From a virus (taxonomy: Duplodnaviria; Caudoviricetes), in the IMG/VR virus record IMGVR_UViG_3300023179_000144, positions 1 to 52,834 of that record: a DNA stretch of 52,834 nucleotides, one strand, 5' to 3'. The notes beneath the pieces are model-generated. The model saw only the letters and a list, made by a program, of their open reading frames with translations, did not search any database and was not told the DNA's origin. The position numbers and the translations under genes were made by a program. Below are positions 9,200-17,966 of the stretch, piece after piece. Within the stretch, counting starts at the first letter, position 1. Every line of letters starts with the position of its first letter.

Positions 9200-9228
9200 T
9201 TGACCTTTTTTCAAATATCCCTGATAAT
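9200..9228 (+). promoter_or_regulatory. Sigma70-type early promoter
   Basis: TTGACC (9200-9205), 17 nt, GATAAT (9223-9228); GGAG RBS then ATG 9254. Confidence 0.65.
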
Positions 9229-9253
9229 GACTCATCAACTGGAGAAACACACA

Positions 9254-9490
9254 ATGAACACACAAGAAAGACTTCGCGCACAGCATCATGATAACACCTT
9301 CGGCATGCCTAAGGTTGAACTTGACTTGCTCGTTGAGCAAAACAAGGATCGTTTGGTTGGCCTTGCTGCAGGAATGTTGAGCGACATTCAAGAGTTACTG
9401 GCTAATGCCCCTGCATCGAAGATTCGTGATGAGATGATCAGAAAGCAGTTGAATGTAGCTAAGTACGTGATGTTTGAATCCAACGTTTAA
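9254..9490 (+). CDS. Hypothetical early protein
   Basis: ATG 9254 with RBS; the track's TTG start is the -35 box. Confidence 0.75.
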   Translation: MNTQERLRAQHHDNTFGMPKVELDLLVEQNKDRLVGLAAGMLSDIQELLANAPASKIRDEMIRKQLNVAKYVMFESNV

Positions 9491-9507
9491 TTTAGGATAA
9501 AATCACT

Positions 9508-9720
9508 ATGTGGAACCTCGAAGGAATGCATGTTGAGGGTAAGTACATGGGTGAATTCCCTGTGCATGGTAAAGTTGTGAGTAGCCGTGTTAAGTACGGT
9601 GGTGAAGTAGTTCACACGGTTATCCTCAGCAAGCCAATCGTGATGAAGTGGCGTGCTGAGCCTGCAGAGCGTGTTTTGCTCGAGCACAAGTTTGTTTCAA
9701 GAGTGATGGACAACGTTTAA
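9508..9720 (+). CDS. Hypothetical protein, small beta-barrel-like
   Basis: MWNLEGMHVEGKY...SRVKYGG; AGGA RBS. Confidence 0.75.
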   Translation: MWNLEGMHVEGKYMGEFPVHGKVVSSRVKYGGEVVHTVILSKPIVMKWRAEPAERVLLEHKFVSRVMDNV

Positions 9721-9729
9721 GGGGATTTT

Positions 9730-9963
9730 ATGCGTATAATTCAAGATTATGGTTTAGTGAGAGTGGTCAATGATGGAGATCCCTTCAACAAGGCTTTCAA
9801 CATTGTTGTTGAGACTCGTAGCAGCTTAGAGTCACCGTGGCAATTTTATCATGGATTCAATTCTCTAAGCGATGACTATGCCTACACGAATGCTAGAGAA
9901 GCAGCAGGTCGTGCAGTGAAGAAAATTGCAGCAGAAATCGCTAACAACTATCCTGGAGCCTAA
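9730..9963 (+). CDS. Hypothetical protein
   Basis: AGGGG RBS; SLSDDYAYTNAREAA. Confidence 0.75.
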   Translation: MRIIQDYGLVRVVNDGDPFNKAFNIVVETRSSLESPWQFYHGFNSLSDDYAYTNAREAAGRAVKKIAAEIANNYPGA

Positions 9964-9965
9964 TA

Positions 9966-10286
9966 ATGAAGCTTTTTATTGAATGCCAATATCTCGAAAA
10001 CTACGGCACTGCCGTTTTTCCACATTGGAAGTATAAGGGTGGCGAGGAATACTTTTACTCGCTAGAAGACTTTAGGTTTGAAGATGATTTGGCTAATAAA
10101 AAGCTCTCAATGATTGTGGATTCTCTTCGTTCAAAGGTTGAATGGGATGACGAATTTTCAAAACAATATATATTAGATTGGAGTGTCGTCGAGGACGACT
10201 ACTTCACTTCATTTGAGAAAGACCAGCTAGAGTATGAGGGTAAAATTACCTATCCAACTAAATACTTAAACGAGGAGACTATATGA
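9966..10286 (+). CDS. Hypothetical protein
   Basis: QYLENYG...HWKYKGGEEY motif; GGAG RBS. Confidence 0.75.
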   Translation: MKLFIECQYLENYGTAVFPHWKYKGGEEYFYSLEDFRFEDDLANKKLSMIVDSLRSKVEWDDEFSKQYILDWSVVEDDYFTSFEKDQLEYEGKITYPTKYLNEETI

Positions 10287-10615
10287 AAAAGTTTCTAATT
10301 GGTTTACTTATATCTGCCGCAGCAATTCCGTCAGCATATGCCTGGGGTGATAGAGAGCAGGGCGCTTTGGCTGGTCTGATTGTAGGATCAATGATCCACA
10401 ACAACAGCCATAGACAATGGTATCCCTCGCATTACCACGCACCTCGATATGTGCATCCAGGATTTGTAGCTCCGATTGCTGCTGCACCTGTTTATTACTA
10501 CGTACAACCTCAAGTTGTCGTAATTCAAGATAATTGCAAGAGAGTTCCAGTCTATGATCAAAACAATCAGATAGTTGCTTTCACGCAAGTTTGCAATAAC
10601 CAGGTTACTCAGTAA
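10283..10615 (+). CDS. Secreted or periplasmic protein with signal peptide
   Basis: MKKFLIGLLISAAAIPSAYA then WGDREQGALAGLIVG; Pro/Tyr-rich middle; GAGGAG RBS. Confidence 0.75.
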   Translation: MKKFLIGLLISAAAIPSAYAWGDREQGALAGLIVGSMIHNNSHRQWYPSHYHAPRYVHPGFVAPIAAAPVYYYVQPQVVVIQDNCKRVPVYDQNNQIVAFTQVCNNQVTQ

Positions 10616-10899
10616 TGGTTAGGATCAACGATATCATTGACGACGAAGACCTTGCCTTGTGTATTGATGGTTGTACAGACCTTAATATGATCAGAAGAGT
10701 CATCGATATAACACAACAAGAAACGTTGGTCGATGTACATATGTTTGCAGAGCAATTTGCAAAGAATATTGAAGGATTCATCGAATTTGAAAAAGGAACT
10801 TCAGAGTGGCGTGAGGCTTATGAAAATAATTTCGATTGGGGCATTGGTATAGCCGATTCAATCAATGACTATATTTACGATAAGTGGACAAAATTATGA
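10615..10899 (+). CDS. Acidic hypothetical protein
   Basis: TAATG-coupled ORF. Confidence 0.7.
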   Translation: MVRINDIIDDEDLALCIDGCTDLNMIRRVIDITQQETLVDVHMFAEQFAKNIEGFIEFEKGTSEWREAYENNFDWGIGIADSINDYIYDKWTKL

Positions 10900-11105
10900 A
10901 AGTTTGGATTGATCCTCCTGAAGGATGGAGATATGGATTTCCTAAGATCTATGACCAAGATACTGACGGCACGACTAAAGAGTTCTTGATCAAGAACGGT
11001 TATCCAGAAAAGTTGTATGATCAGTTGGCTACTAAATCAACGATGTGGGTAAGGACCTGGGCGGCTGAGAATCAACAAGAAGATTTACCACCGCATACAG
11101 ACTAA
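10896..11105 (+). CDS. Hypothetical protein (IDPPEGWRYGFPK)
   Basis: ATGA coupling at 10896; motif recalled from small phage proteins. Confidence 0.75.
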   Translation: MKVWIDPPEGWRYGFPKIYDQDTDGTTKEFLIKNGYPEKLYDQLATKSTMWVRTWAAENQQEDLPPHTD

Positions 11106-11107
11106 CG

Positions 11108-11311
11108 ATGAACTTTTTACATACAAACGAAGCATTGCCAAGGATCTATTATGATCTAAATGTGCAGAAAAAACATCATGCTTTAAGAGTTCCAAAACCA
11201 CCAAAAGATCCTGAAATTATATTTGAACCACCTACCATTGAAGAAGTAAATGAAGATATCAAACCCCCACCGAAAGCAAAGAGCTCTAAGCCAAGTAAAG
11301 GAAAACGTTGA
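11108..11311 (+). CDS. Hypothetical Pro/Lys-rich protein
   Basis: Packed ORF. Confidence 0.55.
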   Translation: MNFLHTNEALPRIYYDLNVQKKHHALRVPKPPKDPEIIFEPPTIEEVNEDIKPPPKAKSSKPSKGKR

Positions 11312-11525
11312 CGAAGAAATCAAAGTTGAGTGGCTTACACCAAGACGTACAAAAGCTGTAATTTTAAAGGACGGACGTGTAGGATATATTCAAAGAGAAG
11401 AGGATGGGTTATACCATGTTTTAATTCCACAATCAAACTGGCCATTTCCAGACTGGCAAATGTGCAAGAAGTCTCATTTTAAAAACTACAATTACCTCGA
11501 AGGAATTGAAGAGGCGCCTTTTTAA
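11250..11525 (+). CDS. Hypothetical protein, start uncertain
   Basis: Ends ...IEEAPF, coupled to the next gene. Confidence 0.6.
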   Translation: MKISNPHRKQRALSQVKENVDEEIKVEWLTPRRTKAVILKDGRVGYIQREEDGLYHVLIPQSNWPFPDWQMCKKSHFKNYNYLEGIEEAPF

Positions 11526-12037
11526 TGCACCAAGTTATAGACGATTTTTTGGATCAGCGATCATTCAATGAGATGGTAAAGACGTTTTTACCTTTTAATT
11601 TTTCATCGTTTGATTGGTACTATACAGAAATTGTGACTACTGGTAATAAAGGTGTAGATTTATCTAGTACAGGATACTTTATTCATAACCTATTTAATGT
11701 AGATAGGCCTGAAAATGATAAATCTAGTAAGTACTTTCCTATCATATTTCCTATTCTTGACAAACTAAACATCCATGCGATGTTAAGAGCTAAGGTAAAT
11801 TTGTATCCTAGAACTACCAATATTGAAGAGCATGTGCCGCACGTTGATTACACATTTCCACATAAAAGCTGTATCATGTTTCTTAACGATTGTAATGGAT
11901 TTACAAGGTTAGTACAGGAAAAGGTTGACTCTATTTCCAATAGACTTTTAATGTTCGATGGTGATAAAATACATAACAGTTCTTCGTGTACAGATAAAAA
12001 ATTTAGACTAACATTAAACATTAATTACATCGATTGA
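11525..12037 (+). CDS. 2OG-Fe(II) oxygenase-like protein
   Basis: VIDDFL start, HVD, distal H (KIHNSS) and RLTLNINY; NRLLMFDG. Confidence 0.8.
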   Translation: MHQVIDDFLDQRSFNEMVKTFLPFNFSSFDWYYTEIVTTGNKGVDLSSTGYFIHNLFNVDRPENDKSSKYFPIIFPILDKLNIHAMLRAKVNLYPRTTNIEEHVPHVDYTFPHKSCIMFLNDCNGFTRLVQEKVDSISNRLLMFDGDKIHNSSSCTDKKFRLTLNINYID

Positions 12038-12038
12038 T

Positions 12039-12662
12039 ATGAAAGTATACATTGGTCCATACAAAAATTGGATAGGTCCATATCAAATTGTGGATGCTTT
12101 ATTCTTTTGGCACGAGAAATATCCAAGCGATGAACTTATAAAACGTTGGGATTATCGCCTACATGATAAGTTATCAGAGTGGTTGGCATCTACTTGGGTA
12201 AATGATTTCTGTGAGTGGGTTCAAAGCAAAAGACAACGTAATATTCAAATTCGTATTGATAAATGGGACACATGGGGCATGGATCATACACTTGCTATGA
12301 TAATTGTTCCTATGCTTAAACAACTTCATGTAACCAAACATGGGGCACCCTACGTTGATGATGAAGATGTACCAGAAGATCTTAGATCTACTGCAGTTCC
12401 TATTCCAGAAGATTATGATGTAGATGAAAATCATTTCAAGCGTTGGGATTGGGTGATGGATGAATTAATCTGGACATTCGAGCAATGTGCTATGGAAGAT
12501 AGCACTAATCAATTTTTCACGCATCCTACTGGAAAGTTTGATAAGTTTGAAGATAGAATTGCTGCTATTGAGGTAGATCGTGAAGGATTGGATGCTCACA
12601 CGGCCCGTATTAAAAATGGATTGCGGTTGTTTGGTAAATACTATGAAGGATTGTGGGATTAA
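12039..12662 (+). CDS. Conserved T4-like hypothetical protein
   Basis: IDKWDTWGMDHTLAMIIVPML...GLRLFGKYYEGLWD. Confidence 0.8.
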   Translation: MKVYIGPYKNWIGPYQIVDALFFWHEKYPSDELIKRWDYRLHDKLSEWLASTWVNDFCEWVQSKRQRNIQIRIDKWDTWGMDHTLAMIIVPMLKQLHVTKHGAPYVDDEDVPEDLRSTAVPIPEDYDVDENHFKRWDWVMDELIWTFEQCAMEDSTNQFFTHPTGKFDKFEDRIAAIEVDREGLDAHTARIKNGLRLFGKYYEGLWD

Positions 12663-12664
12663 AG

Positions 12665-12796
12665 GTGCACAAGTACAATTGGTCAAGAATAGTCAATAAC
12701 TATTATTCCAATACAAAATTTACTGTTATAGAATTGTTTTTAATTATAGGATTGCTAGCTTACTCAGTGTTGGAGATTTATAAATACTTTTTATGA
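12665..12796 (+). CDS. Small putative single-pass membrane protein, 43 aa
   Basis: GTG start 2 nt after the upstream stop; hydrophobic VIELFLIIGLLAYSVL. Confidence 0.45.
   Translation: MHKYNWSRIVNNYYSNTKFTVIELFLIIGLLAYSVLEIYKYFL
12779..12786 (+). promoter_or_regulatory. T4-type late promoter
   Basis: Exact TATAAATA, 25 nt upstream of ATG 12812. Confidence 0.55.
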
Positions 12797-12811
12797 ATAC
12801 TCTAACATCTT

Positions 12812-13093
12812 ATGACAGCTACAATCTTACAATTTCCTGTTAAGGAAGTCTCAAGGACCAGTTACCGAATCCCTCTATATTCGGACGAAGAGGTCTTTAT
12901 CACTCTTTTAATCGTCAATACGTTTGGCGATTTACCATTCAAAGCTAAAGAAGAAGATTTAGCTCGTCTAGATTCCAGCCTTGTCCTTAAGTTTTTACAT
13001 GATGCTCAAGACTTATCCATTTTCTCTCCAAGTACAAGAAGTTTAATTAGAAAAATACTTCGCTCTGTAGAAGAAATTCCAATTCAAATGTGA
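12812..13093 (+). CDS. Hypothetical protein
   Basis: 93-aa ORF with ILQFP N-terminus. Confidence 0.7.
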   Translation: MTATILQFPVKEVSRTSYRIPLYSDEEVFITLLIVNTFGDLPFKAKEEDLARLDSSLVLKFLHDAQDLSIFSPSTRSLIRKILRSVEEIPIQM

Positions 13094-13102
13094 GGATTTG
13101 TT

Positions 13103-13366
13103 ATGCCAACCTATGATCTTAAATGTAATGATTGTCAAGAAGAATTTACTGTGAGATGCTCATATGAAGAGCGTTTAGCTACACCATGTCCAAAGTGCAC
13201 TTCCACAAATCATGAACAACATTTTACCACTACTTCGCCTTCAGTGGGTGACTCGGTTCGTCTAGGAGTCAGAACGATAGATGGTGGTTTTAGAGAGGTA
13301 TTGTCTAAGATACATTCGGCTAATGGCCTTCGAAGTACCTTGGCATCCAAACTATCTAGGCGATAA
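13103..13366 (+). CDS. FmdB-family zinc-ribbon protein
   Basis: MPTYDLKCNDC...CPKC; precedes phoH as in many T4-like phages. Confidence 0.85.
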   Translation: MPTYDLKCNDCQEEFTVRCSYEERLATPCPKCTSTNHEQHFTTTSPSVGDSVRLGVRTIDGGFREVLSKIHSANGLRSTLASKLSRR

Positions 13367-13393
13367 TATGTTTGTTTACAAAAAATTACTCCT

Positions 13394-13436
13394 GGGGGGC
13401 AATAGCTAATATGGTTATTGCCCTCTTTTTATTTTT
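13394..13436 (+). terminator. Intrinsic terminator-like hairpin
   Basis: GGGCAATAGC...GTTATTGCCC stem followed by TCTTTTTATTTTT. Confidence 0.55.
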
Positions 13437-13447
13437 AGAGGGCGTAC

Positions 13448-14197
13448 ATGGCAAAAAAACAACAACATTTACAATTACAAGACTCTACACCTAAAATGAC
13501 TTTATCTTCAAATAAATTAAAGTTACGTTTAGATGATATGGAGGTAATTGAGCCATTAACAGATAACCAAAGGAGAGTATTTGATGAGTATGATCATGCA
13601 AACATTATGTTGTTGCATGGGGTGGCTGGAACAGGAAAAACGTTTATAGCATTGTATCATGCATTAGAGGAGGTGCTTGATCGATCTAATCCATATGAAA
13701 AAGTAGTTATTGTAAGGTCTGCTGTTCCTTCAAGGGATATCGGTCATTTACCGGGTGATGAAAAAGAAAAGACCGAAGTTTATACAGAACCTTATGTAGA
13801 AATTTGCAAATCCCTTTTTGGTAGATCGGACGCTTATCAACGACTTAATGAACAAGGTGTAATTCAATTTTTAGTTACCTCTTTTGTTCGTGGTATTACA
13901 TTGGATGATTGTATTATTATAGTAGACGAATGTCAAAATATGACGGATATGGAGCTTAATTCAATTATTACTAGAGTCGGAGAAAGATCAAAAATTATAT
14001 TTTGTGGTGATTTTAGACAGACAGATCTCTACAAGAAATCTGATTTATCAGGACTTAAAAAGTTTATCGTTATTGCCGACATGATGCCTTCTTTTAAAGT
14101 ATTTGAGTTTGGAATAGAGGATATAGTTAGATCTAGTATTGTTAAGGAATATATAATAGCAAGAATGGCTTACGAAGAAAGATATGGTGGAAATTAG
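13448..14197 (+). CDS. phoH: PhoH-like ATPase
   Basis: Walker A GVAGTGKT, SFVRGITLD, IIVDECQN, CGDFRQTD, DIVRS. Confidence 0.95.
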   Translation: MAKKQQHLQLQDSTPKMTLSSNKLKLRLDDMEVIEPLTDNQRRVFDEYDHANIMLLHGVAGTGKTFIALYHALEEVLDRSNPYEKVVIVRSAVPSRDIGHLPGDEKEKTEVYTEPYVEICKSLFGRSDAYQRLNEQGVIQFLVTSFVRGITLDDCIIIVDECQNMTDMELNSIITRVGERSKIIFCGDFRQTDLYKKSDLSGLKKFIVIADMMPSFKVFEFGIEDIVRSSIVKEYIIARMAYEERYGGN

Positions 14198-14207
14198 ATA
14201 AATAACT

Positions 14208-14230
14208 AGGGGGCTTTTAAAGCCCCCTTT
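14208..14230 (+). terminator. Inverted repeat / terminator after phoH
   Basis: AGGGGGCTTT-T-AAAGCCCCCT then TT. Confidence 0.6.
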
Positions 14231-14391
14231 ACATTAATTGGTCAATATGAATATTTCAGGCGTAGATATATCAGGAATAGGTTTAGTAGAACCTGTCAAT
14301 ACGAGCGGTGTTGATTTAGGGACAACGGTATAAAAATGTACAAGTATAAATTATGGTGTAGGCAATATTTTCAACTATATAGGGTAGAATA

Positions 14392-14712
14392 ATGCTCACA
14401 GTTACAGATAAAGCGTTTAATCAAATACGACAAGTTCAACTAGAAGAAAATGAAACTTCTCCTTTAAGAGTTTTCATTCAGGGTGGAGGTTGTTCGGGAT
14501 TTCAGTATGGCTTTACGTTTGATGAAAAACAAGGTGATGATGATTTCGTATTAGAGAAAGATGGGATAAAATTATTAGTTGATGCCATGTCCATGTCTTA
14601 TCTGGATGGAGCCGAAATAGATTATAAAAAAGATATAGCATCTGCACAGTTTGTAATTAAAAATCCTAACGCTACAACTACTTGTGGTTGTGGCTCATCT
14701 TTCGCGGCATAA
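14392..14712 (+). CDS. erpA: A-type Fe-S carrier (ErpA/IscA, HesB family)
   Basis: [15 protein letters not shown] and [14 protein letters not shown]; three conserved Cys. Confidence 0.93.
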   Translation: MLTVTDKAFNQIRQVQLEENETSPLRVFIQGGGCSGFQYGFTFDEKQGDDDFVLEKDGIKLLVDAMSMSYLDGAEIDYKKDIASAQFVIKNPNATTTCGCGSSFAA

Positions 14713-14714
14713 AA

Positions 14715-15110
14715 ATGTCTTACTCTTCTCAAGTATTAGATCACTACGAAAATCCTCGTAACGTTGGCTCTTTTGCTAAAGAAGTGAAAAGAATAGGTAC
14801 CGGCATGGTTGGAGCACCTGCCTGCGGAGATGTAATGAAGTTACAGATACAAGTAAACGAAGAGGGTGTTATCACAGATGCGAAATTCAAAACGTATGGC
14901 TGCGGCTCAGCGATCGCAAGTTCATCACTCGTTACGGAATGGGTCAAGGGTAAGACGCTGGATGAGGCGGGATCTCTTAAGAATACTCAAATCGCCGAAC
15001 ATCTTGCACTCCCCCCAGTTAAAATACATTGCTCAATTCTTGCTGAAGACGCGATCAAGGCTGCTATAAAAGACTTCAGAGATAGGTATGAAAACATTCA
15101 ATCAAATTAG
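14715..15110 (+). CDS. iscU: Fe-S scaffold IscU
   Basis: MSYSSQVLDHYENPRNVG, GAPACGDVM, GCGSAIASSS, LPPVKIHCS; start ATG 14715. Confidence 0.96.
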   Translation: MSYSSQVLDHYENPRNVGSFAKEVKRIGTGMVGAPACGDVMKLQIQVNEEGVITDAKFKTYGCGSAIASSSLVTEWVKGKTLDEAGSLKNTQIAEHLALPPVKIHCSILAEDAIKAAIKDFRDRYENIQSN

Positions 15111-15534
15111 AGAAGCATTTAGCGGTCAAAAACCAGATGTTCAGTCTGATACTATGAACTTAAATGACATGCATAAGTATCTTGGTGCTGCTAAAATGAA
15201 GCTAATTATAAATCATCCTGATTTTAAAGAGCATTTTTCTACCCCTATGACGACTAGAACGCCAATTGGTGCAAGGTTTAGAAGAACTAATGGCGTAGAG
15301 CGTGTTGAGATTGCTCATGCACCAATAGGTGATAATAAGTTTAGAAAAATGGTAACGTTTACATTGGGTCACAGCGGTCGAAAAATTTCTCAGACAGATA
15401 CTTTTGTAAATAGAAACGATGATAGATATTCTAGCGTAGAAGGCAAGCCTATAAAATGGGATCACTTCAAAACCAATATTCATAAAGTAGATGCTGCCTT
15501 AGAAAAAAGATTGAAAAAGAAAAGAAAGGAGTAG
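15088..15534 (+). CDS. Basic hypothetical protein, possible internal head protein
   Basis: N-terminus MKTFNQIREA resembles T4 internal-protein capsid-targeting leaders. Confidence 0.6.
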   Translation: MKTFNQIREAFSGQKPDVQSDTMNLNDMHKYLGAAKMKLIINHPDFKEHFSTPMTTRTPIGARFRRTNGVERVEIAHAPIGDNKFRKMVTFTLGHSGRKISQTDTFVNRNDDRYSSVEGKPIKWDHFKTNIHKVDAALEKRLKKKRKE

Positions 15535-15536
15535 CA

Positions 15537-16169
15537 ATGGAATTTGAATTTGATTTCACAGTAGACCATGTCAGGGCACTGTTGCCTAAGGTAAAAAACC
15601 ATGATGAATGGTTTGAATCGATGGTTGATGCCTTACCTCAATACAACATTTATAATGTAGAGAGAGTCGCTGCTTTTATTGCGCAATGCGCACACGAGTC
15701 TGGTGGTTTTACCATGTTATCAGAGAATTTAAATTACTCTGCAGACGGTCTGCGTAAAGTTTTCCCTAAATACTTTCCTAATGCTGAGATTGCACAACAA
15801 TATCATAGACAGCCTGAAAAGATTGCAAATAGAGTCTATGCAAGCAGAATGGGTAATGGGCCCGAATCATCTGGCGAAGGATTTAGATACAGAGGTCGCG
15901 GTCTTATTCAATTGACTGGTAAAGATAATTATAAACGTTGTAGTAATTATATGTTTGAGGATGATACACTGCTTCAACAACCTGATGTGCTTACTCAACC
16001 TTATTACGCTTTACATTCTGCGTGTTGGTTTTGGACCGCAAATAAATTAAATGACCTGGCTGACACGCAAGACTTAAGAATGATGACAAAGAGAATTAAT
16101 GGTGGTTTTATTGGTCTAGATGATCGTGTTAAACATTATAACCATGCTTTAGAAGTATTACAAACATAA
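15537..16169 (+). CDS. Glycoside hydrolase family 19 endolysin
   Basis: AAFIAQCAHESGGF, ENLNYSA, YRGRGLIQLTGKDNY, TKRINGG. Confidence 0.92.
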   Translation: MEFEFDFTVDHVRALLPKVKNHDEWFESMVDALPQYNIYNVERVAAFIAQCAHESGGFTMLSENLNYSADGLRKVFPKYFPNAEIAQQYHRQPEKIANRVYASRMGNGPESSGEGFRYRGRGLIQLTGKDNYKRCSNYMFEDDTLLQQPDVLTQPYYALHSACWFWTANKLNDLADTQDLRMMTKRINGGFIGLDDRVKHYNHALEVLQT

Positions 16170-16170
16170 C

Positions 16171-16827
16171 ATGAAAACATTTCGCCATGTACCAGTTGAT
16201 CTACCTTTAATAAAGCAAGTCAATCTAGAAAATAAACGTTTATATGAAACATCTATGGGAAACAAATACCCATCGATTACTACAGTGTTGTCTGAATATA
16301 ATAAACATGTTATAATGGAATGGCGTAAAAGGGTAGGGGCCGATAATGCAAATAGTATAGCTGCAGCTGCCTCGAGGCGTGGCACTAAGGTCCATTCTAT
16401 TATTGAGGCTTATCTTAAAAACGATGATGCACCGATAGAAGATAAGTTAGATCTCGATAGATTTTTTTCTTTGGAACCTTTCTTAGACTGCATTGATAAT
16501 ATACATGTTCAAGAGAAAGGTTTATATTCCGATCACCTAAGGATAGCTGGAACAGTAGACTGTATTGCTGAGTATAATGGTAAGTTATCTGTTATTGATT
16601 TTAAGACATCTTCTAAACCAAAGAAGAAAGAATGGATTGATAATTACTTTATGCAATGTGCAGCATATGCAATCATGTACGAAGAAAGAACCGGTACTCC
16701 AATCAATAGGCTAGTTATTATGATTTCTGTTGAGCAGGACGCACCGCAAATATTTTTAGAGAAAAGAGATAATTGGGTCAAGCAACTTTTACATTATAGA
16801 GATTTGTATGAAAGAAAAAAGACGTAA
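16171..16827 (+). CDS. PD-(D/E)XK exonuclease
   Basis: YPSITTVL, RGTKVHSIIE, AGTVDCIAE, VIDFKTS, YFMQCAAYA. Confidence 0.9.
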   Translation: MKTFRHVPVDLPLIKQVNLENKRLYETSMGNKYPSITTVLSEYNKHVIMEWRKRVGADNANSIAAAASRRGTKVHSIIEAYLKNDDAPIEDKLDLDRFFSLEPFLDCIDNIHVQEKGLYSDHLRIAGTVDCIAEYNGKLSVIDFKTSSKPKKKEWIDNYFMQCAAYAIMYEERTGTPINRLVIMISVEQDAPQIFLEKRDNWVKQLLHYRDLYERKKT

Positions 16828-17950
16828 AAAATTAGCTGTAATTGGAAGAGGCACTGCTGGTTGTCTATCAATTGCTCATTTTCAAAGATGGTCTGATTTT
16901 GATATAGAGTGGTATTTTGATCCAAACATTAAACCTCAAGCAGTTGGAGAAGGTTCTACTGCTTCTCTTCCTTATAACCTTTTTGATTATTTAAATTTTA
17001 CCATTGTCGACTTAGAAAAAATACATGGCACACTTAAAGGCGGAATAAAAAAGACAAATTGGGGATATAAAGATTATATACACCCTTTTCCTGGCAATGT
17101 TCATGGATATCATTTCAATGCTGTAAAATTGCAAGAGATGATCATTGATAAATTAAGCAATCATCCAAGAATAAAAATAACAGAGAAAAACGTTAGTGAT
17201 GATTCTATAGATAGTGATTTCGTAATGAATTGCATGGGTGCACCCAAAGAAAAAGATGAACGATTCATATACAGCAACCACATTCCTGTCAACTCAGCCT
17301 ACGTTACTCAATGTTATTGGGAAGGTGTAAAATTTGAATATACACTGACTATAGCAAGACCATATGGCTGGGTATTTGGTATTCCTCTTCTTAACAGATG
17401 TAGTATTGGTTACATGTTTAACAGCAGTATTAATAGTTTAGAAGAAGTAAAAGAAGATGTAAAAAATGTTTTTAAAGAATACGGATTGACGCCTAGTCAA
17501 GATACTAATCATTTAAAATTTAAAAATTATTATCGTAATCAAAATTGTACTGGAAGAGTTGTTTATAATGGTAATGCTAGTTTTTTCTTGGAGCCATTGG
17601 AGGCAACCAGCTTAGCATTTGTAAATCATATTAACAGAAATGCTTTTGACCATTGGTATGATAAGACATCTGTTGAAACCGTTAACACAAAATACAACGA
17701 TTTAATAAGTCAAATAGAATCAGTAATAATGTTACACTATGCAGCTGGTTCTAAATTTGATACAGAATTTTGGAAATTTGCAAAGGCTAGAGGGCTAGAA
17801 AACTTTTTAAGGTTTATTAATACAGATACATTTTTAAAGATAAGGCAAAGCATACTTTTAAATGAACCTGAAATAGGTACATGGCCGCCTTATTCTTGGG
17901 AAGTTAATTTACATAATTTAGGTTTAATGAAATACCTATCAGCAAAATAG
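16808..17950 (+). CDS. Tryptophan-halogenase-like flavoprotein
   Basis: VIGRGTAG FAD motif, VGEGST, GWVFGIPL, GNASFFLEPLEATSL. Confidence 0.85.
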   Translation: MKEKRRKKLAVIGRGTAGCLSIAHFQRWSDFDIEWYFDPNIKPQAVGEGSTASLPYNLFDYLNFTIVDLEKIHGTLKGGIKKTNWGYKDYIHPFPGNVHGYHFNAVKLQEMIIDKLSNHPRIKITEKNVSDDSIDSDFVMNCMGAPKEKDERFIYSNHIPVNSAYVTQCYWEGVKFEYTLTIARPYGWVFGIPLLNRCSIGYMFNSSINSLEEVKEDVKNVFKEYGLTPSQDTNHLKFKNYYRNQNCTGRVVYNGNASFFLEPLEATSLAFVNHINRNAFDHWYDKTSVETVNTKYNDLISQIESVIMLHYAAGSKFDTEFWKFAKARGLENFLRFINTDTFLKIRQSILLNEPEIGTWPPYSWEVNLHNLGLMKYLSAK

Positions 17951-17951
17951 A

Positions 17952-17959
17952 TATAAATA
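17952..17959 (+). promoter_or_regulatory. T4-type late promoter for the tmRNA gene
   Basis: Exact TATAAATA, 7 nt before the inferred 5' end of the acceptor piece. Confidence 0.75.
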
Positions 17960-17966
17960 CAATTAT

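Noticed and set aside
16171-16827. Cas4 or CRISPR-associated nuclease
   Set aside because: Lacks the four-Cys Fe-S pattern; no array or other cas genes; typical T4-like exonuclease.
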